Below, piece after piece: positions 55,679 to 63,984 of a stretch of DNA of 64,000 nucleotides (its first letter is position 1; each line of letters opens with the position of its first letter). Position numbers and translations under genes: made by a program. A model generated the notes under the pieces. It searched no databases. It was not told the origin of the DNA and saw only the letters and a program-made list of their open reading frames with translations. The DNA is from a virus. Its lineage: Duplodnaviria > Heunggongvirae > Uroviricota > Caudoviricetes. The stretch covers positions 17,241-81,240 of the IMG/VR virus record IMGVR_UViG_3300028832_000098; one strand, 5' to 3'.

Positions 55679-56548
55679 TCAAAGTGACAGTACCTCCTTC
55701 AAGATTCCGAAACATCTTTCAGCTTCAGCACATTTCATAGCAGACTCCTTTAAGTCCTCTGATGTAAGCATCTCATCTTCTGATTCGCTTTTTGTCACTT
55801 TATCCTTAATAATCCTAAAATCATTTACTATTATAAAATAAGAAACGCTGTTAAGAAATGTTCGTGTCATAACAATATAATCCGTCACTTCGATATTCTT
55901 ATTCCTTACAACAACGCCCTTTCCGTTACGGCATGGCAGAATGCTGTAAAGTGTTTCCTTATACTCCTCAAACACAAGTGTAACATTCGTATACTCAATG
56001 TTAATATCATTTATCCTATCAAGGACAAGTTTGCAGCTGTCAGATAACGGATAGCCGTCATTATTGTATCTTACTCGGTCTGATGACGAGCAAGTGAACG
56101 GTAAAGATTTTTCAAGCGCCTTGTTGATATTAAAAGCTTCATCTTCACGGGTTTTGTCACGCTGAGCAAACTTTGTATATTCTTCTTCAGTCATCATTCT
56201 ACCATCATAAAACTTATATCCACGGCTTTCCAAAACCTGTCTAAGACAATCGCAACTACCTCCATTGTTATACCACCACAACATATAGCTATCATCGTGA
56301 CAATCTTCAAATTTCGTACCTTTATACATACCTCCTTCGAAGCAGTCATTCTCAAGGGGGTCTTCTATTTTTCTTGTAAAGCTGTGGCTGCCTTTAAGAC
56401 TCATATCGATGTCTGCTTTAGGATAAAGTCTTTTAGCCTTCTCTTCGTCAGTCGATATGTTTTTAACATAGTCGTAATGAACATACCCGTCTTTTTCGTA
56501 TACATACCATAACGTGTAATATGTACCTCCGAATCCTATTGTTTCCAT
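55679..56548 (-). CDS. hypothetical protein; 3' end possibly frameshifted
   Basis: 289 aa; first gene after composite promoter copy 3. Confidence 0.75.
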   Translation of the reverse strand: METIGFGGTYYTLWYVYEKDGYVHYDYVKNISTDEEKAKRLYPKADIDMSLKGSHSFTRKIEDPLENDCFEGGMYKGTKFEDCHDDSYMLWWYNNGGSCDCLRQVLESRGYKFYDGRMMTEEEYTKFAQRDKTREDEAFNINKALEKSLPFTCSSSDRVRYNNDGYPLSDSCKLVLDRINDINIEYTNVTLVFEEYKETLYSILPCRNGKGVVVRNKNIEVTDYIVMTRTFLNSVSYFIIVNDFRIIKDKVTKSESEDEMLTSEDLKESAMKCAEAERCFGILKEVLSL

Positions 56549-56582
56549 AATGCTTAAGTTTTGTTTATCAATTTTGTTTTGA

Positions 56583-56662
56583 CAAATATAAGCTGATATT
56601 TTTCATTTTTAACATTTTTTGTTAAAAATTTTCAAATTATTTTCAGTTGATATTGATAATCA
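56583..56662 (-). promoter_or_regulatory. composite host-sigma promoter, copy 3
   Basis: Plus strand: caaatata 56583-56590, ttaacattttttgttaa 56609-56625, tgataatca 56654-56662. Confidence 0.8.
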
Positions 56663-56676
56663 ATAAGTTACAGACG

Positions 56677-57816
56677 TTAATTTCTTATGTTTATGAATGT
56701 ATTTGTTCTGTTAAAAGTATCAATCTGGCTGTTAGTGTCTGTTTTTTGAACTATGATGTCATGCCATTCTTTAAGGTCGACCTTGTTCTTAAGCAGATTA
56801 TTGACGTCAGCGCAGAAATCTTCAGTTATCTTCTGTATGGCCCGACTTGATTCATTGTACATATTGTAGTCGTAAGCTTCATCTATATTCGATATGTACA
56901 TAGATGTACTGAAGCTGTTAAATATGTTGTAATTCTTTACAAATTCAGAGGCATAGCACCAGATGCAAATAACCTTGCTTGCTTTGATAAGGTATTTGTT
57001 ATTTTCGTGCAGGAGATACTGGTTACTTGCAAAGTTAGGGTGCAGCAACCCGTATGGCGTTCCATGCCCGGCGAAGATTAGGGTTCCCTTCTCTTCCATA
57101 ATCGCTTTATCGACGATACTTTCGTAATTTTCGGAATTCTTCGTAATTTCTATAACGTTGACATTCTTCAAATCCTTCCAGATTCCTTTAAGCAGTTCGG
57201 TGTCGGTGTCATCCGCATTCGCATATATGACAGTTATAGAATCAGACCCATAAATTTTGTCATGGCTGCTGACATAATTCGTAAGTCTATACTTCTTATA
57301 CTCCAATGCCTTGATATATTTTTTAAGTCTCTCTATTTTTTCAGAAGTTTCAGTAAGCTTGCCTAATAAATCGTGTTTAAACGCGTTTTTATCTCGTTTA
57401 AAGACTTTTTCTATATGAATGTACTTGTTATCATACATGTGGAAAAACAAATGATTATGCGTCAAATTAAACAACATTTTGACTGCCTTCTTTTTATTCC
57501 GGCTTTTACGAATCTGATTATTGCTTAATTGATAGGCGTCTTTCAATATTTGGCTGCCTTCAGTGATTTCATTAAGGTAGTTGTTGCTGGGCTCGATATA
57601 TGTATTATGACATGTACGAGCGTAATCGTAGTCTTCTTTATTAAATATGACGAGCTTAGGACGACTGAACACTCCTGACAACGTCTTTTTATCATCGTTT
57701 ACCGTCATAATATGCACTTCGCAAATAGTGCCTTCAAGGTATTCGATGACATCGTTCAGAGTTATTGAATCGCATAACTCTTTCTTTTCTTCAAAGCTTC
57801 CTGATATTGTTTCCAT
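56677..57816 (-). CDS. two-module hypothetical protein (C-terminal GHGT..GL..IWC.A module)
   Basis: 379 aa ORF. Confidence 0.75.
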   Translation of the reverse strand: METISGSFEEKKELCDSITLNDVIEYLEGTICEVHIMTVNDDKKTLSGVFSRPKLVIFNKEDYDYARTCHNTYIEPSNNYLNEITEGSQILKDAYQLSNNQIRKSRNKKKAVKMLFNLTHNHLFFHMYDNKYIHIEKVFKRDKNAFKHDLLGKLTETSEKIERLKKYIKALEYKKYRLTNYVSSHDKIYGSDSITVIYANADDTDTELLKGIWKDLKNVNVIEITKNSENYESIVDKAIMEEKGTLIFAGHGTPYGLLHPNFASNQYLLHENNKYLIKASKVICIWCYASEFVKNYNIFNSFSTSMYISNIDEAYDYNMYNESSRAIQKITEDFCADVNNLLKNKVDLKEWHDIIVQKTDTNSQIDTFNRTNTFINIRN

Positions 57817-57828
57817 TTTCTGTTTTTT

Positions 57829-57844
57829 AATATAATAAACAACC
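57829..57844 (-). promoter_or_regulatory. degenerate middle promoter motif
   Basis: aatataataaacaacc, upstream of the 57816 start. Confidence 0.45.
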
Positions 57845-58536
57845 TATTTTACAAGACTCAGTAATCTCGTGACATCTTTGTCAGTATGACCGTCCCAATG
57901 TTTGCCGTTTTCAAGCTCCTCGCAGTCGAAGTCGTCGAAATACTTCATCTCATAATGATACGTATAAGAGCCTTCAGGCGTATCTATTCCGACTATGAAC
58001 CAATTGCCGTCAAAACATTGCTTGCCGTCTTCATGCCTCTTGGACTTCCATGCTCTGTCCTTATAAACTTTTACTATTGTCTGGAACAGAATACGTCTTT
58101 GCTCATAGAGCTCATTGAATGTGTGATAGCCATCGGAAAGGTCTCCAATATCCTTAAGATGGAGCTTACGGCAAAATTCGGCAAGTTCCAGATTATACTT
58201 TCCTTTATCAGAAAGTCTTATGACTATGCCCATGTGCTCGACTATGTCTTCATTCTTTTCAAATACGAGTTCACACGGTTCGAATACCTTAAAGACGTCA
58301 TCAAAAGTTTCTACGCCGGCAATGAAAAGGTCTCTGTCGAAATAGAAGTCTATGCTTTTCTTTCCAGAGTCATTAAGGTCCTTCATCTTCGTAACGATTT
58401 CAGACTCATCGCATCCTGAAGCAAGCATATTGTTAAGTTCAGTGACTGCTTTATCGATATATCCAGTATCACATACCATATCTACAAACGATTTAATAGA
58501 TTTATTTTTTATTTGTACCAATTTGTTCTTTTTCAT
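57844..58536 (-). CDS. protein with C-terminal WDGH-type phage domain
   Basis: SDGYHTFNELY..R..LF...WFIVGI.TP.G..TYHY...WDGHT. Confidence 0.8.
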   Translation of the reverse strand: MKKNKLVQIKNKSIKSFVDMVCDTGYIDKAVTELNNMLASGCDESEIVTKMKDLNDSGKKSIDFYFDRDLFIAGVETFDDVFKVFEPCELVFEKNEDIVEHMGIVIRLSDKGKYNLELAEFCRKLHLKDIGDLSDGYHTFNELYEQRRILFQTIVKVYKDRAWKSKRHEDGKQCFDGNWFIVGIDTPEGSYTYHYEMKYFDDFDCEELENGKHWDGHTDKDVTRLLSLVK

Positions 58537-58542
58537 AGCCTA

Positions 58543-58956
58543 TTATTTTTTAATGTCATACATTCCTTCAGGAGCTTCAAGAGCGATTCCCTTTTCAATA
58601 TAACCTCTGAAATCAAAGTGATGCTCGATGAGCCAATCAGTTACAAAAATCAGCTGTGTTCTATCAAGAGTAGATATGTTATAATCTACACTATCCTGTT
58701 CGAGGCAGTCATCACATAACTCATCATATTCTTTTTTCTCTTCTTTCGTCATTGACGATAGTGGACGGAGATAAGACTTTATTTCATCAGCATCCCTTCC
58801 TGAAAAAATGTCCATCACTGTGTTTAACACCGCAAGTCAGTTCTTCGCAATCAAATTCTCTTAAAGAGCAAATTTCATTGTCAACTTGTACATAAAGACC
58901 ATAAGGCATTCTTGTACATAGTTCTTTAATCAACAGTTGTTTTTCTCTTGTGTCAT
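58543..58956 (-). pseudogene. family A gene with two offsetting frameshifts
   Basis: MTQ(E)EKQLLIKELCTRMPYG is recovered in a shifted frame; the C-terminal family motif is back in the ATG frame; total length 414 nt. Confidence 0.75.
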
Positions 58957-58977
58957 AGTCTTATTATTTAATTATTT

Positions 58978-59232
58978 TTATCGGTTAATAATTATAGCTG
59001 CAATACAACATAATAAACCAATTATAAAAGTTATTACTATAATTGCATCTTCTCCGCTACAAGTTGTACAAACAGTAGGGCAATCTCTTTCGATAGATAT
59101 TTCCTTATGAAATTCTCTATGGCAAGAATCACATACAAATGTGCATTCTTTCGTTTTGCGTGTATGGCTGTGATGATTGATGACACTCGTTCTTGCTCCC
59201 GTCATTGACGATGAATAAATTCCTGGATTCAT
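58978..59232 (-). CDS. Zn-ribbon plus C-terminal TM protein, paralog of 59646-59909
   Basis: CDSC...PTVC..C followed by a hydrophobic tail. Confidence 0.7.
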   Translation of the reverse strand: MNPGIYSSSMTGARTSVINHHSHTRKTKECTFVCDSCHREFHKEISIERDCPTVCTTCSGEDAIIVITFIIGLLCCIAAIIINR

Positions 59233-59245
59233 AACGCTATCTCAT

Positions 59246-59494
59246 TTAACTTATCTTTATTGTCACATCCCTTATCGTCAAATCTTCAAGAAGAAGAACT
59301 TGTGACGTATATGGGAATCTTTTCTTGCCGGTTAACATATCTTCAAGCCACCATGTTTGTTCATCCTTCATAAGTTTCCCTATACACAATTTATTGTCAT
59401 CTGATATATAGGCGAACAATTTTCCTTCAGGTTCAATGCTTGGATTGAATTGTTTGAATCCGCCGAGGATAACCGCTTTCTCTGTAGTTTTCAT
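59246..59494 (-). CDS. hypothetical protein
   Basis: 82 aa ORF. Confidence 0.65.
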   Translation of the reverse strand: MKTTEKAVILGGFKQFNPSIEPEGKLFAYISDDNKLCIGKLMKDEQTWWLEDMLTGKKRFPYTSQVLLLEDLTIRDVTIKIS

Positions 59495-59505
59495 AGCTTT
59501 TATTT

Positions 59506-59643
59506 TTATTTGTTAATACTTGAAGGAGCATCCAATGCGAATCCTCTCATCTTTAATTCGTTCATATAATTCGTATATCCGCCTTTATAAGGCAGATGTT
59601 TGTTTAGCCATTCAAAAGCTTCACATAATAAAATCTTTTCCAT
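59506..59643 (-). CDS. 45-aa mini-protein resembling the family A C-terminus (not in ORF track)
   Basis: EWLNKHLPY..G...L..RGFALDAP. Confidence 0.5.
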   Translation of the reverse strand: MEKILLCEAFEWLNKHLPYKGGYTNYMNELKMRGFALDAPSSINK

Positions 59644-59645
59644 AA

Positions 59646-59909
59646 CTATCTTACTTTAATAGCGACATAAACTATAATCAATATTGGCAACATAATAAAG
59701 AACATTGTCAATCCCTGTTCCAGACTTGATTTCTTGCACCATTCGCACACAGTAGGCATTGGTTCTCCCCTTTTCACTTCAGCATAAAATGTACACTTGC
59801 AAGAGTCGCATTTTACAGATACCTGTTCTGCAGACCTATTTCCCTTTGTATGCGCATGCTTGCCATAGAAACAAGAATGAGGTACTATGACTGTCATAAT
59901 CGTTTTCAT
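59646..59909 (-). CDS. Zn-ribbon plus C-terminal TM protein
   Basis: CDSC...PTVCEWC followed by a hydrophobic tail. Confidence 0.7.
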   Translation of the reverse strand: MKTIMTVIVPHSCFYGKHAHTKGNRSAEQVSVKCDSCKCTFYAEVKRGEPMPTVCEWCKKSSLEQGLTMFFIMLPILIIVYVAIKVR

Positions 59910-60529
59910 AATGATAAGTTTTTAGGTAAGCTGTACCATATTCCAAGATTTAATGAAACCCTTACGAATTCCAAAAGGAATGTAACAGCCTCATTATACT
60001 TTTCAATTGTCTTCCAGAATCTTTTGTAATCCGTCCCGAAAACTTTCTGAAAATCATCCATAGATATTTCGGCATAAGAACCCTTTACATTGAAGGTATG
60101 CTTCATATTATACAGCTTGAATCCAAACACGTCCATGTCAAAGCATGAACAGGTACGATGTACATTATCGACAACCATATAATACTTTTTCGTATTCGAC
60201 GTATAATTGTTTTCACTGTAGGAGATGAAGTAATCAATCTTACGTTGGTCGTCATCAAGCCTGCCTTTATAATCAAGACTTTCCAGGAACTTCTTCGCCT
60301 TATTGATGGTATCGAGCATGTCTTCAAACTGTTCGAACAGACCAGGAACATTGAATTCCCGCAAGATGTCTTTGTCCTCAACATAGTAAACGCTTGACGA
60401 CTTTACTAAATGATACGTGTCGAATGCTCTCTCCGTAACATACTTGGCACTGACAGTGTTTTCACTCTTATTGTATTCCCCAAATATAAGTTGGGTATGA
60501 AACAAGTGCTTCTTAACAAGGATTTCCAT
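59906..60529 (-). CDS. hypothetical protein
   Basis: 207 aa ORF. Confidence 0.7.
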   Translation of the reverse strand: MEILVKKHLFHTQLIFGEYNKSENTVSAKYVTERAFDTYHLVKSSSVYYVEDKDILREFNVPGLFEQFEDMLDTINKAKKFLESLDYKGRLDDDQRKIDYFISYSENNYTSNTKKYYMVVDNVHRTCSCFDMDVFGFKLYNMKHTFNVKGSYAEISMDDFQKVFGTDYKRFWKTIEKYNEAVTFLLEFVRVSLNLGIWYSLPKNLSL

Positions 60530-60569
60530 AGCTGTAAGTTTTGTTCTGTTATTGTCTTATCTATAATTA

Positions 60570-61151
60570 TCAGGCGTAAACAAGTTCCTTGCGCATAGTT
60601 TTGATTGCATTGTCAAGGCATACTTGATAACCTTTGCTGTCAAGCCTGAATTCACGGCAGATGTCACTTTTCAGGGTATCAGTAAACTTAAGCTCGCGTT
60701 TAAGAATCGCGATTTCCTCGATTTTCAGGCTGTTGTTGCCTGACAAGTATCTCTCGACCGTAATCATTCTGTCATCACGTTCGTATTCCTTATCAATTCC
60801 GCCGCTGGTCATAGAGATAATCGTCGTTTCTTCTTTCTGCATATTGTTTACAGCCTGGTGAACATAGTTCAGCTCAGTTGTGATACCGTGACGAATTTCT
60901 CCTTCAATGTATGTCTTGTAATAAGCAAGACGAGCGAATTCGTCTCCATCAAAACGCTTGCAGGCATTAGTAAGTCCTATCATGCCATATCCGAAAATAT
61001 CTTCAAATGGAATTCTTGGATACTTGTTGGCATAACGGAACGCACATTGTGAGACAAGCTCCATATAACGAGTAGGGTCGTTTACTGCGTAATTTTCTCT
61101 GTTTTCAGTCGCTTTCTTGATAAGTTGCTGTAATTGATAAGTAGGTAACAT
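60570..61151 (-). CDS. phage sigma-70-like transcription factor
   Basis: Region 2-like EDIFGYGMIGLTNACKRFD..F..Y..TYI.GEI; C-terminal HTH-like region. Confidence 0.8.
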   Translation of the reverse strand: MLPTYQLQQLIKKATENRENYAVNDPTRYMELVSQCAFRYANKYPRIPFEDIFGYGMIGLTNACKRFDGDEFARLAYYKTYIEGEIRHGITTELNYVHQAVNNMQKEETTIISMTSGGIDKEYERDDRMITVERYLSGNNSLKIEEIAILKRELKFTDTLKSDICREFRLDSKGYQVCLDNAIKTMRKELVYA

Positions 61152-61184
61152 AGTAGTAAGATTTAGAATTGTTGTACTTTGGGT

Positions 61185-61274
61185 TTACTTGAATAAGGCG
61201 TTAAGTAATCTTTGATAGCCTTCAAATTCTTTCGGACATCCGAATGTTTCTGGTTTTCTGTTTTTCTTTGCCAT
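61185..61274 (-). CDS. 29-aa ORF between composite promoter copy 4 and the sigma gene
   Basis: MAKKNRKPETFGCPKEFEGYQRLLNALFK; in frame with the sigma ATG across a TAA. Confidence 0.35.
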   Translation of the reverse strand: MAKKNRKPETFGCPKEFEGYQRLLNALFK

Positions 61275-61314
61275 AACGATAATTTTTTAAGAGTTTTAAT
61301 TAAATTTGTTTTGA

Positions 61315-61404
61315 CAAATATAACACATTATTTTTAATTTTTAACAAAAACTGTTAAAAATTTTCAATTTTTTTGAAAATTTTTTTCTCAAGCCCTGATT
61401 TTCA
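61315..61404 (-). promoter_or_regulatory. composite host-sigma promoter, copy 4 (upstream of the sigma gene)
   Basis: Plus strand: caaatata 61315-61322, ttaacaaaaactgttaa 61341-61357, tgattttca 61396-61404. Confidence 0.8.
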
Positions 61405-61410
61405 ATCATT

Positions 61411-61418
61411 TATAAATA
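61411..61418 (+). promoter_or_regulatory. T4-type late promoter TATAAATA
   Basis: Exact T4 late consensus 18 nt upstream of the only structural gene in the window. Confidence 0.65.
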
Positions 61419-61436
61419 TATAAAAATAGTAGAGAA

Positions 61437-62111
61437 ATGAGACTTTTAGGTAAAGTTGTCGATAATTTCGACCCAGAATATGAAGGAAAAATAAAATGTC
61501 GTATCTTTTCAAAGCAAGAAGAAAAGGATAAATCTGGCGATTATATTATAAATGACGACAGTCTGCCATGGTGCGTCAGGCTCATAGGTAATGATAAGTC
61601 GTCTTTCTCGATTCCTGATGTCGGAGATGTCGTTATATTATATAAAGTGAATGAATATACGTATCTCTATGAGAGTATGCTTAAAGTCGATAAAGATGTC
61701 AAGACCGACCTTCTTGAGAATAAGAATTACCTCGATGCGAACGTGCTACTGTACCGTAAACTGAAATCAGGAACAACAGTTGGAATCTATTACACGGACG
61801 AAACCGGACTTGTTATAGAATCTTCCTGTAAGGACGGCAAAAGGATAGTGTTGTCCAATGATGGAGACCTTTCCATAGAAATAGGGAAGTCATTCATAAA
61901 AATGGATAAAAGCAGTATTGAGATAAATTCAAAGAAGCTCCTCATCAATTCGGATAACGTTGTCATAAACGGCGGAAGCGAAAGGCTTATAACCGCGAAT
62001 GAAGTGATGGATATTTTCAATAAACATACACATGGTACGACTCAAGGACCAACAGGCGTACCTTTCATGCCTATCGGTCCAAATTCCATGAAGAAAAAAA
62101 TAAAGGTCTAA
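61437..62111 (+). CDS. baseplate central spike (gpV / T4 gp5 OB-fold type)
   Basis: LGKVVDN.DP...G.IKCRI..LPW..SIP..GD.V; beta-helix-like repeats; C-terminal HTH metal-tip motif. Confidence 0.85.
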   Translation: MRLLGKVVDNFDPEYEGKIKCRIFSKQEEKDKSGDYIINDDSLPWCVRLIGNDKSSFSIPDVGDVVILYKVNEYTYLYESMLKVDKDVKTDLLENKNYLDANVLLYRKLKSGTTVGIYYTDETGLVIESSCKDGKRIVLSNDGDLSIEIGKSFIKMDKSSIEINSKKLLINSDNVVINGGSERLITANEVMDIFNKHTHGTTQGPTGVPFMPIGPNSMKKKIKV

Positions 62112-63169
62112 TGTGCGACATTGCTATAGACTTTCTTAAATATCTTGCCTATAACCTCAACATCCTGTTTTGAATACAGGTCTTGTTCAATAAGGTTTGC
62201 CATATAAGCGTCTACCTTGTCATCAAAATTCTGGTTTCCTATGGTCATGGTTTCGGAATCTGTATCTGTATTCCCGCTTTCGCTGTCGAGTACGACCTTT
62301 CCACCTGTAATGACAGTCCTCATACTGTAAGCTTCTTTGTTTACTTCCGCTATCAGGCGCGGGTCGGTCTTAGTCATCTCCGAACATTTGACCTCAAGAA
62401 TAATGTTGTTATTCGCAAGGACAGACTTGCTTATGTTCTGGATGTCGCTGTAAGGAACAGTTATAAACCTCGGCGACATATTATTTTTGAATGCAGCCAC
62501 TTTGTTTGTCGAAGTGTCAAGCATCAAAAGGTTTTTCGAATTCCCTTCATCCGCAGCGGTAAGCTCGTATGCGGAGCCGACATTTATTATATTGTCTTTC
62601 TTTTGGAAAAGGTGTATATGTCCGTTGAATATGATACCAGCTTTTGCATCCTCTTTCATAAGCTTTGTATCAGATACTGAATACTTGTTCATTTTCAGAC
62701 CGCAGAAATCAAGATGTGAAAACATATAATCGAATGAACCTTCATAGCTCTGCAGTTTCTCTTTCGCGACATCTGGAGTATAATACGGCACGAATAAGGC
62801 CTTTTTGCCGCTAATGCTCATTTCCGTAATGTCTCTTATAATATGTATCTTAGGTGAGACGTATTCAAGAAAAGACGTAGATATGATGTCGTGCTCGTCA
62901 TTTTTCCTGGTGTCATGATTCCCGACAATGATATATGTGTCAACTTTTAGTTTCTTAAAAAGCCTGATGACGGTTTCCAACACGATTGTACCGACGTTCA
63001 TTCTCCTGTCAAGCAAATCGCCAAGCTGGACAAATATGTCTCCTTCAGAAGATTCATTGTTAATCTTGTCTATGACGGCTTCAAGATATTCCGTCATTTT
63101 CTGTAAATGCCTTTCATCATCATTCTTGTATCCAAGATGAGTGTCTCCAAGTATCCAAACTTTACTCAT
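62108..63169 (-). CDS. recombination nuclease, T4 gp47 / Mre11-SbcD-like
   Basis: GDTHLG, QLGDLLD, GNHD, FSH, GHIH. Confidence 0.9.
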   Translation of the reverse strand: MSKVWILGDTHLGYKNDDERHLQKMTEYLEAVIDKINNESSEGDIFVQLGDLLDRRMNVGTIVLETVIRLFKKLKVDTYIIVGNHDTRKNDEHDIISTSFLEYVSPKIHIIRDITEMSISGKKALFVPYYTPDVAKEKLQSYEGSFDYMFSHLDFCGLKMNKYSVSDTKLMKEDAKAGIIFNGHIHLFQKKDNIINVGSAYELTAADEGNSKNLLMLDTSTNKVAAFKNNMSPRFITVPYSDIQNISKSVLANNNIILEVKCSEMTKTDPRLIAEVNKEAYSMRTVITGGKVVLDSESGNTDTDSETMTIGNQNFDDKVDAYMANLIEQDLYSKQDVEVIGKIFKKVYSNVAH

Positions 63170-63188
63170 TAAATATTCTATTTTAGTT

Positions 63189-63207
63189 TTATATAAAAAA
63201 CAACGTT
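63189..63207 (-). promoter_or_regulatory. putative middle promoter motif, copy 10
   Basis: ttatataaaaaacaacgtt, upstream of the gp47-like gene. Confidence 0.75.
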
Positions 63208-63216
63208 AGAAAAAGA

Positions 63217-63245
63217 AAGCGTCAAGAATTTAATCCTGACGCCTT
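63217..63245 (-). terminator. intrinsic terminator
   Basis: GGCGTCAGG/CTTGACGCT hairpin followed by TTCTTTTT on the minus strand. Confidence 0.75.
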
Positions 63246-63267
63246 CCGTTCATATACAGTATGGAAT

Positions 63268-63984
63268 TTAGAATTCGTACACTATATTGGAATCTCTGCT
63301 GATTATTTCACCTTCTATGTCCTCATAATCAGTATCTATAATTACCTTACAGATATTCTCTCCAGGTTCAAGGTTCTTCTTAGCGTATTCGATTGCTTCT
63401 TTCTCAGTCTTGAATTCCTGTTCAATAAGGTCTCCGTTACATCTTATCGTATATGCGGTGTATGTATTATCACCACGTACCACTCTATCGACAAAATCAC
63501 AAAGCTTCTTGTCTTCTATCTGTAGCTCGCCGTTTATGATTTGCGAATTAGACCAGTCGTTAGTATCGACATCGCTAAGTTTTAAGTCGCCTCCAAACGT
63601 GGAATGTGTCCAGCCTGCGCCATAAATGTATTTGAATTTGAACTCCGCTTGTCTAAGGTCTTCTTTTATCTCTTCTTCATCGCCCTTGTTCATATCATAT
63701 ACCTGGATTTTCAGATTCGAAATTTTGGCGGCTGCATTATATTCGTTAAATACCTTATTATCTCCGCCATATTCGTAAGATGCAGCCTTAGTGACTTCGA
63801 CATTGCAGGTGATGTCACCATTTATAATGAAAGTATCATCATTTACTTTCTTGAATTTCGCATTTTCTCCAAGATTGATATTTCGTATAATGCCTTCTAT
63901 GGTATATCCTGCACCTGCTCCTTCGTTAACTTGTTTCATGGTTTTATTCTCCATGAACTGCTTATATGTCATTAACTTTCCCAT
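63268..63984 (-). CDS. hypothetical protein, possibly virion-packaged (MGKLMTYKQFMEN...VNE leader)
   Basis: Leader resembles head-protease-cleaved propeptides of large myophages. Confidence 0.65.
   Translation of the reverse strand: MGKLMTYKQFMENKTMKQVNEGAGAGYTIEGIIRNINLGENAKFKKVNDDTFIINGDITCNVEVTKAASYEYGGDNKVFNEYNAAAKISNLKIQVYDMNKGDEEEIKEDLRQAEFKFKYIYGAGWTHSTFGGDLKLSDVDTNDWSNSQIINGELQIEDKKLCDFVDRVVRGDNTYTAYTIRCNGDLIEQEFKTEKEAIEYAKKNLEPGENICKVIIDTDYEDIEGEIISRDSNIVYEF

Noticed and set aside
1069-63975. Numerous plus-strand ORFs in the track (e.g. 22911-23393, 40304-40831, 49314-49901, 57886-58419, 62183-62680)
   Set aside because: They lie antisense to well-supported minus-strand genes and show no recognisable motifs, so they are treated as shadow ORFs
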